Origin: the human T2T-CHM13v2.0 reference genome, Homo sapiens
Length of the DNA: 64,000 nucleotides
NCBI RefSeq assembly: GCF_009914755.1
Contig: NC_060928.1
Strand: one strand, 5' to 3'
Part shown: piece by piece, positions 1 through 15,351 of the stretch
Position numbering within the stretch: the first letter of the stretch is position 1
Layout: each line of letters opens with the position of its first letter
Notes under the pieces: generated by a model
What the model was told of the DNA's origin: nothing
What the model saw: the letters and a program-made list of their open reading frames with translations, nothing else
Databases searched by the model: none
Made by a program: the position numbers and the translations under genes

Positions 1-948
<948 letters not shown>

Positions 949-1049
949 GAATAACTGGTGGTGTTTGATTTCACAAAGTACATTTGGGCAGATCTTTAGT
1001 TCTTGGGGGGGTGGGGCTGGAATCTGCGGGTGTGACCGCCACTCTAGGT

Positions 1050-1327
1050 CTGTGCTGTCCAGCAAAGTAGCCATTGGCCACATGTGGCTACTAAGCATGT
1101 GAAATACAGCTAATCAAGACTGAAATATTAAAACACACACCAGTTTTAGAAGACTAGGAAAAAAGCAAACCTTTATTAGATTTTTATGTTGATTATATGT
1201 TGGAAAGATAATATTTTGGATGTGTCAAATGTTAAAAATTAATTTCACCCATTTTTGTGACGTGGCTACTAAGGAATTTCAGGTGATGCTTGTGGCTCCT
1301 CACACGGTTTCTACTGGACAGTGCTGC
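1050..1327. mobile_element. hAT-Charlie MITE (MER33/MER3-like)
   Basis: Terminal inverted repeats ctgtgctgtccag ... ctggacagtgctg and internal tagccattggccacatgtggcta motif. Confidence 0.65.
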
Positions 1328-1454
1328 TGCAGGTGATCCTAAGGCGGGTGGGTGCAGGAACCCAGCTGAGAGTTTAGAAATTACGTGTAAATTTGGAGAC
1401 AAGTGTCTGTGGGGGAAGGAGCCTCCGGACGTGGAGATACAACTCTTGCTCCTA

Positions 1455-1628
1455 ACATTTATCGAGTCTTTAATTAATGCCCTGGGTAACTATAAGGTTG
1501 GAACTGTAATTGTCACCATATTGATGATGAGAAACTTGAGAAAGGATAAGTGACTTGTCTAAAATCACACAGTAAAACCTCAAATCAAACCCAGGCCCTC
1601 TGGCTCCAGACTCTAAATTATACTCTGA
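1455..1628 (-). mobile_element. MIR SINE fragment
   Basis: gagaaacttgag...agtgacttgtctaaaatcacacag...ctctggctccaga resembles the antisense MIR core. Confidence 0.6.
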
Positions 1629-1919
1629 ATGATACTCACTGATTGTCCGAGGACACAGTGTCGAGGCACTATCTGCTGGGTGTCTGCAGAACCTTACTGT
1701 TCTAAAGCAAAACATTTTACCCCTGGACAAGAGCAGCAAAGGTGGCGTTCGGCCCTCCTTGGCTCTCATTTGACTGTTCAAAGCCAAGTGCTTTTCTTTC
1801 TTGGGTCAGAACATATTTTCAGCAGCATTTTGAAGCACCCCTGGCATGCACTGCACAGGGAAACCAGGACCACATTGGTGTGCTGCGTCCTCCTTACCAA
1901 CTGGCTCTTGGAGGAGGCT

Positions 1920-3812
1920 GCTCTTTGGCGTAAATTGCAATCGATTAGGGATCGTTTCTCAGAATCAAGTTAGAAGTGAGAGTTCAGATAAGTGAGGCCG
2001 CCATTGCTGCTTTGAACACCTCAGAAGGGGAGAATGGATTTATCAGGAGTGAAAAAGAAGAGCTTGCTGGGAGTCAAAGAAAATAATAAAAAGTCCAGCA
2101 CTAGGGCCCCTTCACCTACCAAACGCAAAGACCGCTCAGATGAGAAGTCCAAGGATCGCTCAAAAGATAAAGGGGCCACCAAGGAGTCGAGTGAGAAGGA
2201 TCGCGGCCGGGACAAAACGCGAAAGAGGCGCAGCGCTTCCAGTGGTAGCAGCAGTACCAGGTCTCGGTCCAGCTCGACTTCCAGCTCAGGCTCCAGCACC
2301 AGCACTGGCTCAAGCAGTGGCTCCAGCTCTTCCTCAGCCTCCAGCCGCTCAGGAAGCTCCAGCACCTCCCGCAGCTCCAGCTCTAGCAGCTCTTCTGGCT
2401 CTCCAAGTCCTTCTCGGCGCAGACACGACAACAGGAGGCTCTCCCGCTCCAAATCCAAACCACCTAAAAGAGATGAAAAGGAGAGGAAAAGGCGGAGCCC
2501 ATCTCCTAAGCCCACCAAAGTGCACATTGGGAGACTCACCAGGAATGTGACAAAGGATCACATCATGGAGATATTTTCCACCTATGGGAAAATTAAAATG
2601 ATTGACATGCCCGTGGAAAGGATGCATCCCCATCTGTCCAAAGGCTATGCGTGCGTAGAGTTTGAGAATCCAGATGAAGCTGAGAAGGCGCTGAAGCACA
2701 TGGATGGAGGACAAATTGATGGCCAGGAGAACACTGCCACCGTCGTGCTGGCCCCCTGGCCTAGGCCAACCCCCAGGAGATTCAGCCCTCCCAGGAGAAT
2801 GTTGCCACCACCGCCTATGTGGCTCAGGTCTCCCCCACGGATGAGGAGAAGGTCCCGCTCCCCGAGGCGCAGGTCCCCCGTGCGCCGGAGATCACGGTCC
2901 CCGGGCCGCCGCCGCCACAGGAGCCGCTCCAGCTCCAACTCCTCCCAATAAACAGGCCACTGAAGCTCTCGCCCCTGTAACTTATACGCCACCCAGCTCA
3001 GTTTTGTCACTTTTCTAGCCAAAGCAAGACCAGTAGGAAAGCAAACCCTTGACTCTGGCAGGATTTGCAGGCAGCAGGCAGCACCCCTCTGCCAGCCGGG
3101 CTCCGGCTGCAGAAGTGCTGTTGGCTTGGATGCTGTGTGCCTGTCAAGATTCCCTCCGGTTTTCTGGCTAGAAAGCTCACCCGTTTCCGGTTTTAAGAGT
3201 CAGTTCAGTGGCAGAGCCACCAGGGACAAGTGAGGCTCTTGGGGGTGGTTTGACCCTGCTTACCTGGGAGCACACTTTTCCCTTCCCCGATGACCTGGGA
3301 TGGTGGCCAGGCCGTGCCCTTGCTGTTGCTGGGCAGTGTCTTTTTGGAAAGGGAGCTGCCCCAGGCTTTAGTGCAGCTGCCAACGCTGTTAGGCCTGGCC
3401 TCTCGAGGCCTCTTCTGACTTCAAGGGTCACAGCCCCCCAAAGATCCTCTCACCCATGGTAGTTGCTGCTCATGGTTCTGTCTGTCCGTGCACCGATGCA
3501 CACACCACACCCCACCGCTGTACTCTGAAATTGGCGAGTGAGTTGAGAGCCAGCTCTGCGGGGTCATCACGCAGCCATGGTTGTGCCTGTCCTTCATGGT
3601 GGTCTTTCAGGTTATCTTGGCAACATGTACATTGCTTTTATTTTTTTTCTTTTTTGCTTTTATTGTATACAGTCAGTTCTATAAAATTTCTCTTTTGAGT
3701 TTTATACCTTTGTAGCATTTTAGATGACATTGTGTTTGTACTTTGTTGTGTAGAGTGGAAGAATTGTGTTGAATAAACCCAAGATCGGAATGCAAATCTA
3801 AAAAAAAAAAAA
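1920..3812 (+). pseudogene. RNPS1P1: RNPS1 retrocopy (processed pseudogene); 5' boundary uncertain
   Basis: Intronless RNPS1 coding sequence, ~850 nt 3' UTR, AATAAA 3772-3777, genomic A tail 3800-3812. Confidence 0.93.
2034..2951 (+). CDS. RNPS1P1: Uninterrupted 305-aa RNPS1-like ORF of the retrocopy (S-rich domain, RRM, RS/P domain); translation unproven
   Basis: ATG to TAA with no stop or frameshift; MDLSGVKKKS start, RNP2 VHIGRL, RNP1 KGYACVEF. Confidence refers to being a functional CDS. Confidence 0.3.
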   Translation: MDLSGVKKKSLLGVKENNKKSSTRAPSPTKRKDRSDEKSKDRSKDKGATKESSEKDRGRDKTRKRRSASSGSSSTRSRSSSTSSSGSSTSTGSSSGSSSSSASSRSGSSSTSRSSSSSSSSGSPSPSRRRHDNRRLSRSKSKPPKRDEKERKRRSPSPKPTKVHIGRLTRNVTKDHIMEIFSTYGKIKMIDMPVERMHPHLSKGYACVEFENPDEAEKALKHMDGGQIDGQENTATVVLAPWPRPTPRRFSPPRRMLPPPPMWLRSPPRMRRRSRSPRRRSPVRRRSRSPGRRRHRSRSSSNSSQ

Positions 3813-4399
3813 TTAAAACAAAAGGGGCAACATTTAAAATAATATTTAATCTGTATGTTACTAATATACCTAGTAATGATCAGTTCTATGAGGAAAAATC
3901 AGTACAATGAAAATCGAAAGTTAGCAGAAGTTATAAGGTGGTGAGGGAAGCCTTTATTTGGTGGTATTTGAGTAGAGAGCTAAGTTAAAGTGAGGCAACA
4001 ATCATAATGAATATTTATTCATGACCTAATCACATGAGAAGAGTTCTTCTTTTCCACACATTTGATTATTCAGCTCTCCGTAATCCAGTAAGGGATTGCC
4101 GTTATCATTGCCATTCCAACATTGATGGAAGGAAGCACTGGGAGTCAAAGAACTTGTCCAGGGTCAAACTCTCTTCTGTCTGTCTGGAGATATTTCCACT
4201 CTAGATAGACAGAAGAGAGGTTGAGATTTGAACCCATAACCCTGACTCTAGGTTTGTGTGTTCAGCCTTCATGTGGCACTGCCTGAATTCCATCAGGTTA
4301 GGTGACATTCTCAAGCCTTGGACCCCTCAGATTCAAATTATAGAATAATGGTTCAATCATATTGTGTGTTTCAGAATAACCTGTGCTTGAAATGTTAGT

Positions 4400-5100
4400 A
4401 GCAGATGGAAATATTTGCAGCCCCCATAAGCAAATAGTACAGGCTTTAGGATTTTGGAGCAAGCTCTGCCATCATCTTCAGAAAACTCTTCTCCTTTTGA
4501 GAGACAGCTCTCTGCCAGCTATTAGGCCTTAGTAGAAACTGAATGCTTGACTATGGGCCACTAAGTATCCATGCTATCTGTGCTACTTATCATGAACTGG
4601 GTGTTACATGACATACCAAGCCATAAGGTTAGGCACGCAGTACAATACTTCATCACCAAAGGAAGTTCTGTATACTGATTCAGACCCAAGAAAGTCCTGA
4701 AGGCAGAAGTAAATTACATGAAGAAGTGACCCAAATGCCCATGGTCCCTACTCTGGCTACACTGCCTTCTCTCTTCTAGCCTGCACCTGTGGCTTCGTGG
4801 GTAGTACCCTATGATCAGTTGACAGAGGAAGAGGACAGTTGAACCAGGCTTCAGATGTTTTTGCATAATATGCAGACACCACCAAATGTGGGCAGCTGCA
4901 GCTCCACAGCCTCTTTCCAGAATATCCATGAAGGACAGTAGCAAAGGGAAAACCTCCCAGTGAATAGAACATTGGGCAGTGCACCTGGTTATGCACTTTA
5001 CTTGGAAGGAGAAATGGCTAGACATGCAATTATGTGTCAATGCATGGGCTGCAGAATCAATGGTTTGGCTAGATGCTCAGGGTCCTGGAAGGAAATGGAA
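4400..5100 (+). mobile_element. ERVL (HERVL-like) internal pol/RNase H relic
   Basis: Degenerate translation HLVMHFTWKEKWLDMQLCVNAWA resembles recalled ERVL pol HLVVHFAWKEKWPDVRLYTDSWA; many stops and frameshifts. Confidence 0.75.
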
Positions 5101-5137
5101 TCTCCATTTATATTTATGTCTTTCGCAACAGGCTATG

Positions 5138-5599
5138 TGTCAGGCCTCTGAGCCCAAGCCAAGCCATCGCATCCCCTGTCACTTGCACGTATACATCCAG
5201 ATGTCCTGAAGTAACTGAAGATCCACAAAAGAAGTAAAAATAGCCTTAACTGATGACATTCCACCGTTGTGATTTGTTCCTGCCCCACCTTAACTGATCA
5301 ATGTATTTTGTAATCTCCCCCACCCTTAAGAAGGTACTTTGTAATCTCCCCCACCCTTAAGAAGGTTCTTTGTAATTCTCCCCACCCTTGAGAATGTACT
5401 TTGTGAGATCCACCCCTGCCCGCAAAACATTGCTCTTAACTTCACCGCCTATCCCAAAACCTATAAGAACTAATGATAATCCACCACCCTTTGCTGACTC
5501 TCTTTTCGGACTCAGCCCACCCGCACCCAGGTGAAATAAACAGCTTTATTGCTCACACAAAGCCTGTTTGGTGGTCTCTTCACGTGGAAGCGCATGAAA
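5138..5599 (+). mobile_element. Solo LTR7-family (HERV-H) LTR
   Basis: Starts TGTCAGGCCTCTGAGCCCAAG, ends GCGCATGAAA; internal AATAAA; perfect 5-bp TSD CTATG at 5133-5137 and 5600-5604. Confidence 0.95.
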
Positions 5600-5999
5600 C
5601 TATGGGCTCCACCAGGACAAGAACTGCATCTGAGCCACCTGTGAGTCACTGGGATTTTAGGGTGCAGAGAGGCCCAAACTTTGAAAAGGGAACACGGAAC
5701 AGTATGGTCCGAAGAGGAAGAAACCTGAGGAAGACAAGCCTGACTTTGTTGGCTCTATCTCTTAAACTGCTCCAGGGCTGGGAGTCAGAATGCTTCCCTG
5801 GGCTACAAGAACTTGAGTTGTTAAAACCACAAATTTCATCCTCACTACCTGTATGTTTGAAAATAGCGATACCCCCTTCCAGAAGTCACTCAGTGCAGTT
5901 AAGAGGCTGCCTTGAAGGGAGTCCATTGAGCTTCCTTTTATCTGTGTCCTGAACCTGAGGCTCCTCACAGACCTGGAGTCTGTGTTTTCTCCAGCACCC

Positions 6000-6441
6000 C
6001 TTGGGGGGCTGAATAATGTCACCACAGATATCCACATCCTAGTCCCTGGAACCTGTGAATATGTTAAATTACACAGCAGAAGGACTTTGCAGGTATGATG
6101 AAGGTTAGAGTCTTGAAATGGGGAGATAAGTTACCTGGGTGAACCCAATGTGGTCACAAGAATCTTGAGGGAAACAGAGGTAGATCAGAGTCTGAAGGAA
6201 GGTGATTTGATGTGAGACCACTAGCCAAGAAATGAGAATGGACTCTAAAACCTAGAAAAGACTTTATGAAACATTCTTCCCATTGCCTCCAGAAGGAACA
6301 GATTCCTGACAACACTTTGATTTTAGCTCACCAAGACCGAGTTTGAACATCCAAATTTCAGAACGGTAAGAAAATACATTTTTCTTGTGTAAGCCACTAA
6401 GTTGCGGCAATGTGTTTCCGTGGCGATAGAAAACAAATACA
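6000..6441 (+). mobile_element. MaLR LTR (MLT1D-like)
   Basis: gatatccacatcctagtccctggaacctgtgaatatgtt ... taagccactaagttg...gaaaacaaataca. Confidence 0.7.
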
Positions 6442-7111
6442 AGCCATTTGATGGATCTTCTGAGTTGACAGACGTCTACTTGAAGATGAACAATCCATTC
6501 CTGTGTAAGGCAGACACTCTAGTTTCTTATGGTTATATAAGTGAGCCAAAGATGGCCTCTATGTATTGGCTACTGGGTTGTTTACTTCTTTGCAGAAGGC
6601 TGAGACCCCTGAGCTCAAAATTCCACTTGCTTCAAAGTCAAATATTTTTGCATATCCAATTATTTAAAATATAACCCAAACAAGCCAACTGTAGCCTGCT
6701 TGTTTTGCATACTCCGGGAAACCTCACCAGGTAATTGTTACCCATTGATAAAATAGGGCCTTGTAATTACAAATTCAGAAGAAGCAGCTGCTACCTTTGG
6801 GAGCTTTCTGACGCGGCCTTGCTGTTTAGCAATATCACCTGGGCACTCAAACCACTGGATGGTCTCGTGCTGTAAGGACTTTCCTGTTATGCAACCCTGT
6901 CCAAGTACTGCCCCATAAGGCTTGTTGTGTGTTACAGCCTTTCAGGATCATATCTTATTTATTGATCAGCCCCCAAATCCCTTGAACTTCCTATTTACTG
7001 GCCTCTAGTAGGAGAATGCCCAGTTGCCCAGGACTTATTTTAAACAACTAAACTATTATTTAAGGAATCCAATCAGATTGTAAGGTGTCAAATTTTCTCC
7101 ATATAAGACTG

Positions 7112-7112
7112 C

Positions 7113-7143
<31 letters not shown>

Positions 7144-7158
7144 TATACATATATACAC
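7112..7158. repeat. (TA)n(CA)n compound microsatellite
   Basis: Directly visible. Confidence 0.9.
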
Positions 7159-8039
7159 TTAACTCTATGTGACGTTAAATATAGTCAGTTTTATTTCCAA
7201 TTATATAACACTTTTCACTTGCTATCTAGCAGGAAGTTGGCATACGATACAAAATGATACCTACTCAATTAGCCTGTGCGTCTGATGGAGATAAACAAAA
7301 CAAAAATAATTTGAAGGTACACCCACCCCTTGTTAATGTATTCTTTTGGTTAATTTATTACAGCTCAAGTATACTATCTGCTTTTGACTATTAAGGAGCT
7401 TATCTATTTAGTACTTACTCCAGTTTGGGCAGCTATGCTCAACGCATGATCAGGAATTGTTGTTTAACAGAACTGAGAGGGCAAGGGGTTAATTTCCACC
7501 CTGGAAATTGCTGACTGATGATGCATTCACACTGAGGTTGTGTCGCTGAACGTTTCACAGGTAGATTGGGAATAACGTGATTTAGAGAGGCAATAATATA
7601 CTTCTCAGGATGGGAGAAACTGAAAACCGCTTGTACAGTAGTTTAAGTTACAAGTGTAAATGATTTATTTGGTTTGAAGCTAAGTCACATGTTAGGCACA
7701 TGAAAAGTGGGTGTAATTAGGCCTGCTTCACGTTAAGTACCATGTTTATTTCTCATCTATAAACTGATAAATAATGCAGCAATTGGTAACTGAAATTGTC
7801 ATGCAATAGTGATGCATAGATTTAGCATTTTTATAGAAGATTTTATGCATATCCTAGAAATGAGTCAAGAACATAATTGACTTGCTTGCAATTAAATACA
7901 AAGTTCACATAGAACCTAAGATTAATGTTTTCCCCTGTTTTGGGACACACAAACAGAAACACACACACACTCACATAGTGGTAAAATATATATAACATAC
8001 ATTTGCCCTTTTAATCTCATGTGTATGATTATATGATTC

Positions 8040-8430
8040 AGAGCCATTAATTGCTTTCAAAATGTTGTGCATCCATCACCATTATTTCTAGAAAGTTTTC
8101 AGCACCCAAACAGAAACTTTATACCAGTTAAGCAATAACACTTCATTGCCTACCCGCCAGCCCCTGGTATCTGCTAATCTACTTTCTATCTCTATGGACT
8201 TTCCCACTATAGATATTTCATGTAAGTGGAATCATAGAAGATTTATTCTTTTGTGTCTGGTTTATTTCACTTAACATTTTCAAGGCTCGCCCTTGCTGCA
8301 GCGCGTATCAGAACTTCATACATTTTCTTGCCTAAATAATATTCTACTGTATAAATACGTCCATTTAGTTTATTCATTCATCAATCGATGGACATAGGTT
8401 GTTTCTGCATTTTGACAATCATGAATAAGG
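8040..8430 (-). mobile_element. Old L1M (L1MB-like) 3' UTR fragment
   Basis: taatctactttctatctctatgga, gtggaatcata, ttttgtgtctggtttatttcacttaaca motifs typical of antisense L1MB. Confidence 0.7.
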
Positions 8431-9017
8431 GTAAGATTGGATTTTAATAAATAGAAGGGCAAGACTGAGATATCCCTTGACCTTTACAATTCTTTTTGTC
8501 CTTTTCAAACTTGCCATCCTCCACCTCTCTAGAAAAAAAAAAATAATAGTAAGTAGGGCTATTTGCATTGAGAGGGGGAAATAACTGAATTTTAAAGGAA
8601 TCATCTTGATAAAAATGAAAAAAAATGATAGATAATTGAAAATAGTCATTTTACATCCTTGAAAAACGGTTAACAATCATCTTTAGAAAAAAGTAAATTT
8701 CTCAACTAGTTAGTAGAAGTGTTTTAAGAAAATTAACTTTAATCTGCATCTGTCTATGTGTAAGAAGAAAGAACAGGAAAACCATCAGCCTTTTCTTTTT
8801 TTTTTTTTTTTAATTATACTTTAAGTTTTAGGGTACATGTGCACACTGTGCAGGTTAGTTACATATGTATACATGTGCCATGCTGGTGCACTGCACCCAC
8901 TAACTCGTCATCTAGCATTAGGTATATCTCCCAATGCTATCCCTCCCCCCTCCCCCCACCCCACCACAGTCCCCAGAGTGTGATATTCCCCTTCCTGTGT
9001 CCATGTGATCTCACTGT

Positions 9018-12872
<3,855 letters not shown>

Positions 12873-12908
12873 TTAGTTGATGCAGTTTCTTCCTAGTCTC
12901 GATGGTCT

Positions 12909-13925
12909 TTACATTTTGGCATGATTTTGCAGCGGCTCGTACCGGTTGTTCCTTTTCATGTTTAGCGCTTCCTTCAGGAGCTCTTTTAGGGCAGGCCTGG
13001 TGGTGACAAAATCTCTCAGCATTTGCTTGTCTGTAAAGGATTTTATTTCTCCTTCGCTTATGAAGCTTAGTTTGGCTGGATATGAAATTCTGGGTTGAAA
13101 ATTCTTTTCTTTAAGAATGTTGAATATTGGCCCCCACTCTCCTCTGGCTTGTAGGGTTTCTGCCGAGAGATCCGCTGTTAGTCTGATGGGCTTCCCTTTG
13201 AGGGTAACCCGACCTTTCTCTCTGGCTGCCCTTAACATTTTTTCCTTCTTTTCAACTTTGGTGAATCTGACGATTATGTGTCTTGGAGTTGCTCTTCTCG
13301 AGGAGTATCTTTGTGGTGTTATCTGTATTTCCTGAATCTGAACGTTGGCCTGCCTTGCTAGATTGGGGAAGTTCTCCTGGATAATATCCTGCAGAGTGTT
13401 TTCCAACTTGGTTCCATTCTCCCCATCACTTTCAGGTACACCAATCAGACGTAGATTTGGTCTTTTCACATAGTCCCATATTTCTTGGAGGCTTTGCTCA
13501 TTTCTTTTTATTCTTTTTTCTCTAAACTTCCCTTCTCGCTTCATTTCATTCATTTCATCTTCCATCGCTGATACCCTTTCTTCCAGTTGATCTCATCGGC
13601 TCCTGAGGCTTCTGCATTCTTCACGTAGTTCTCGAGCCTTGGTTTTCAGCTCCATCAGCTCCTTTAAGCACTTCTCTGAATTGGTTATTCTAGTTATACA
13701 TTCTTCTAAATTTTTTTCAAAGTTTTCAACTTCTTTGCCTTTGGTTTGAATGTCCTCCCGTAGCTCAGAGTAATTTGATCGTCTGAAGCCTTCTTCTCTC
13801 AGCTCGTCAAAGTCATTCTCCATCCAGCTTTGTTCCGTTGCTGGTGAGGAACTGCGTTCCTTTGGAGGAGGAGAGACGCTCTGCGTTTTAGAGCTTCCAG
13901 TTTTTCTGTTCTGTTTTTTCCCCAT
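12909..13925 (-). pseudogene. L1 ORF1 (338 codons) with one in-frame TGA at codon 111
   Basis: ORFs 13925-13593 and 13565-12909 share a frame; CGA TGA GAT at 13598-13590 where recalled consensus has CGA TGC GAT. Confidence 0.93.
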
Positions 13926-14832
13926 CTTTGTGGTTTTATCTACTTTTGGTCTTTGATGATGGTGATGTCCAGATGGGTTTTTGGTGTGGATGTCCTTTCT
14001 GTGTGTTAGTTTTCCTTCTAACAGACAGGACCCTCAGCTGCAGGTCTGTTGGAATACCCTGCAGTGTGAGGTGTCAGTGTGCCCCTGCTGGGGGGTGCCT
14101 CCCAGTTAGGCTGCTCGGGGGTCAGGGGTCAGGGACCCACTTGAGGAGGCAGTCTGCCCGTTCTCAGATCTCCAGCTGCGTGCTGGGAGAACCACTGCTC
14201 TCTTCAAACCTGTCAGACAGGGACATTTAAGTCTGCAGAGGTTACTGCTGTCTTTTTGTTTGTCTGTGCCCTGTCCCCGGAGGTGGAGCCTACAAGAGGC
14301 ACGCAGGCCTCCTTGAGCTGTGGTGGGCTCCACCCAGTTCGAGCTTCCAGGCTGCTTTGTTTACCTAAGCAAGCCTGGGCAATGGCGGGCGACCCTCCCC
14401 CAGCCTCGCTGCTGCCTGGCAGTTTGATCTCAGACTGCTGTGCTAGCAATCAGCGAGACTCCGTGGGCGTAGGACCCTCCGAGCCAGGTGTGGGATATAG
14501 TCTCGTGGTGCGCCGTTTTTTAAGCCGGCCTGAAAAGCGCAATATTTGGGTGGGAGTGACCCGATTTCCAGGTGCGTCCGTCACCCCTTTCTTTGACTCG
14601 GAAAGGGAACTCCCTGACCCCTTGTGCTTCCCAGGTGAGGCAATGCCTTGCCCTGCTTCGGCTCGCGCACGGTGCGCGCACCCACTGGCCTGCGCCCACT
14701 GTCTGGCACTCCCTAGTGAGATGAACCCGGTACCTCAGATGGAAATGCAGAAATCACCCGTCTTCTGCGTCGCTCACGCTGGGAGCTGTAGACCAGAGCT
14801 GTTCCTATTCGGCCATCTTTGCTCCTCCCGCC
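13926..14832 (-). promoter_or_regulatory. L1 5' UTR with sense and antisense promoters; YY1 core retained
   Basis: Minus strand begins GGCGGGAGGAGCAAAGATGGCCG (AAGATGGCCG core); CpG-rich. Promoter activity is family knowledge. Confidence 0.8.
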
Positions 14833-15080
14833 ACCATCAGCCTTTTCTTCTTCATTATTGGAATAGTTCAGAAAAACAAAATGATCTTCATAATCCTGAT
14901 AATTATCTCAAAAAATGGTGTTTGTTTGTCCTACAGGATAAAACAAATCATTTTATACTCACTCAACTTCCACACCACTGTTTCACTTCTAGTCATCAAA
15001 TGTGTGCTTTTTTCCTCCCTCACACCAAGCAATTTTTAAATTCTTGGCAGACAACAACAGTTGAGTGTTCTATGATTTAA
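14382..15080 (+). CDS. L1 ORF0, frameshifted and extended to 232 aa into flanking DNA; translation unproven
   Basis: ATG 14382; MAGDPPPASLLPGSLISDCCASNQRDSVGVGPSEPGVGYSLVVRRFLS is ORF0; frame stays open to 15080. Confidence 0.4.
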   Translation: MAGDPPPASLLPGSLISDCCASNQRDSVGVGPSEPGVGYSLVVRRFLSRPEKRNIWVGVTRFPGASVTPFFDSERELPDPLCFPGEAMPCPASARARCAHPLACAHCLALPSEMNPVPQMEMQKSPVFCVAHAGSCRPELFLFGHLCSSRHHQPFLLHYWNSSEKQNDLHNPDNYLKKWCLFVLQDKTNHFILTQLPHHCFTSSHQMCAFFLPHTKQFLNSWQTTTVECSMI

Positions 15081-15350
15081 CTCAATTCTGATATGATCCT
15101 GAGATCGTATCAGACCCCATAGGCTAAGGTTCATTCCCACAAGACTGCCCCCACTTCAAAAGTCAATAACAAGATCTAAGGTGTCATCATTGCTTCTGAC
15201 TTGGCAAGTACAAATTCAAGGGTTCCAATAACCCCCTTTCTCAGGTTTAATAATTTTATACAATAGCTTATAGAACTCAGAAAAGTGCTTTACGTACGAT
15301 TACAAGTTTATTATAAAAGATACAACTCAGAAGCTGACAAATGGGAGATA
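14925..15350 (-). mobile_element. MER21-like ERVL LTR, left part
   Basis: actcaattctga...cagaccccatagg...cccacaagactgcccccacttc motifs. Confidence 0.65.
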
Positions 15351-15351
15351 T

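Noticed and set aside
2021-3022. Antisense and alternative-frame ORFs over the RNPS1 copy
   Set aside because: Shadows of GC-rich, Ser/Arg-repetitive coding sequence.
5473-5952. 159-aa ORF starting in LTR7
   Set aside because: Crosses the LTR poly(A) signal into flank, has no recognisable domain; likely chance.
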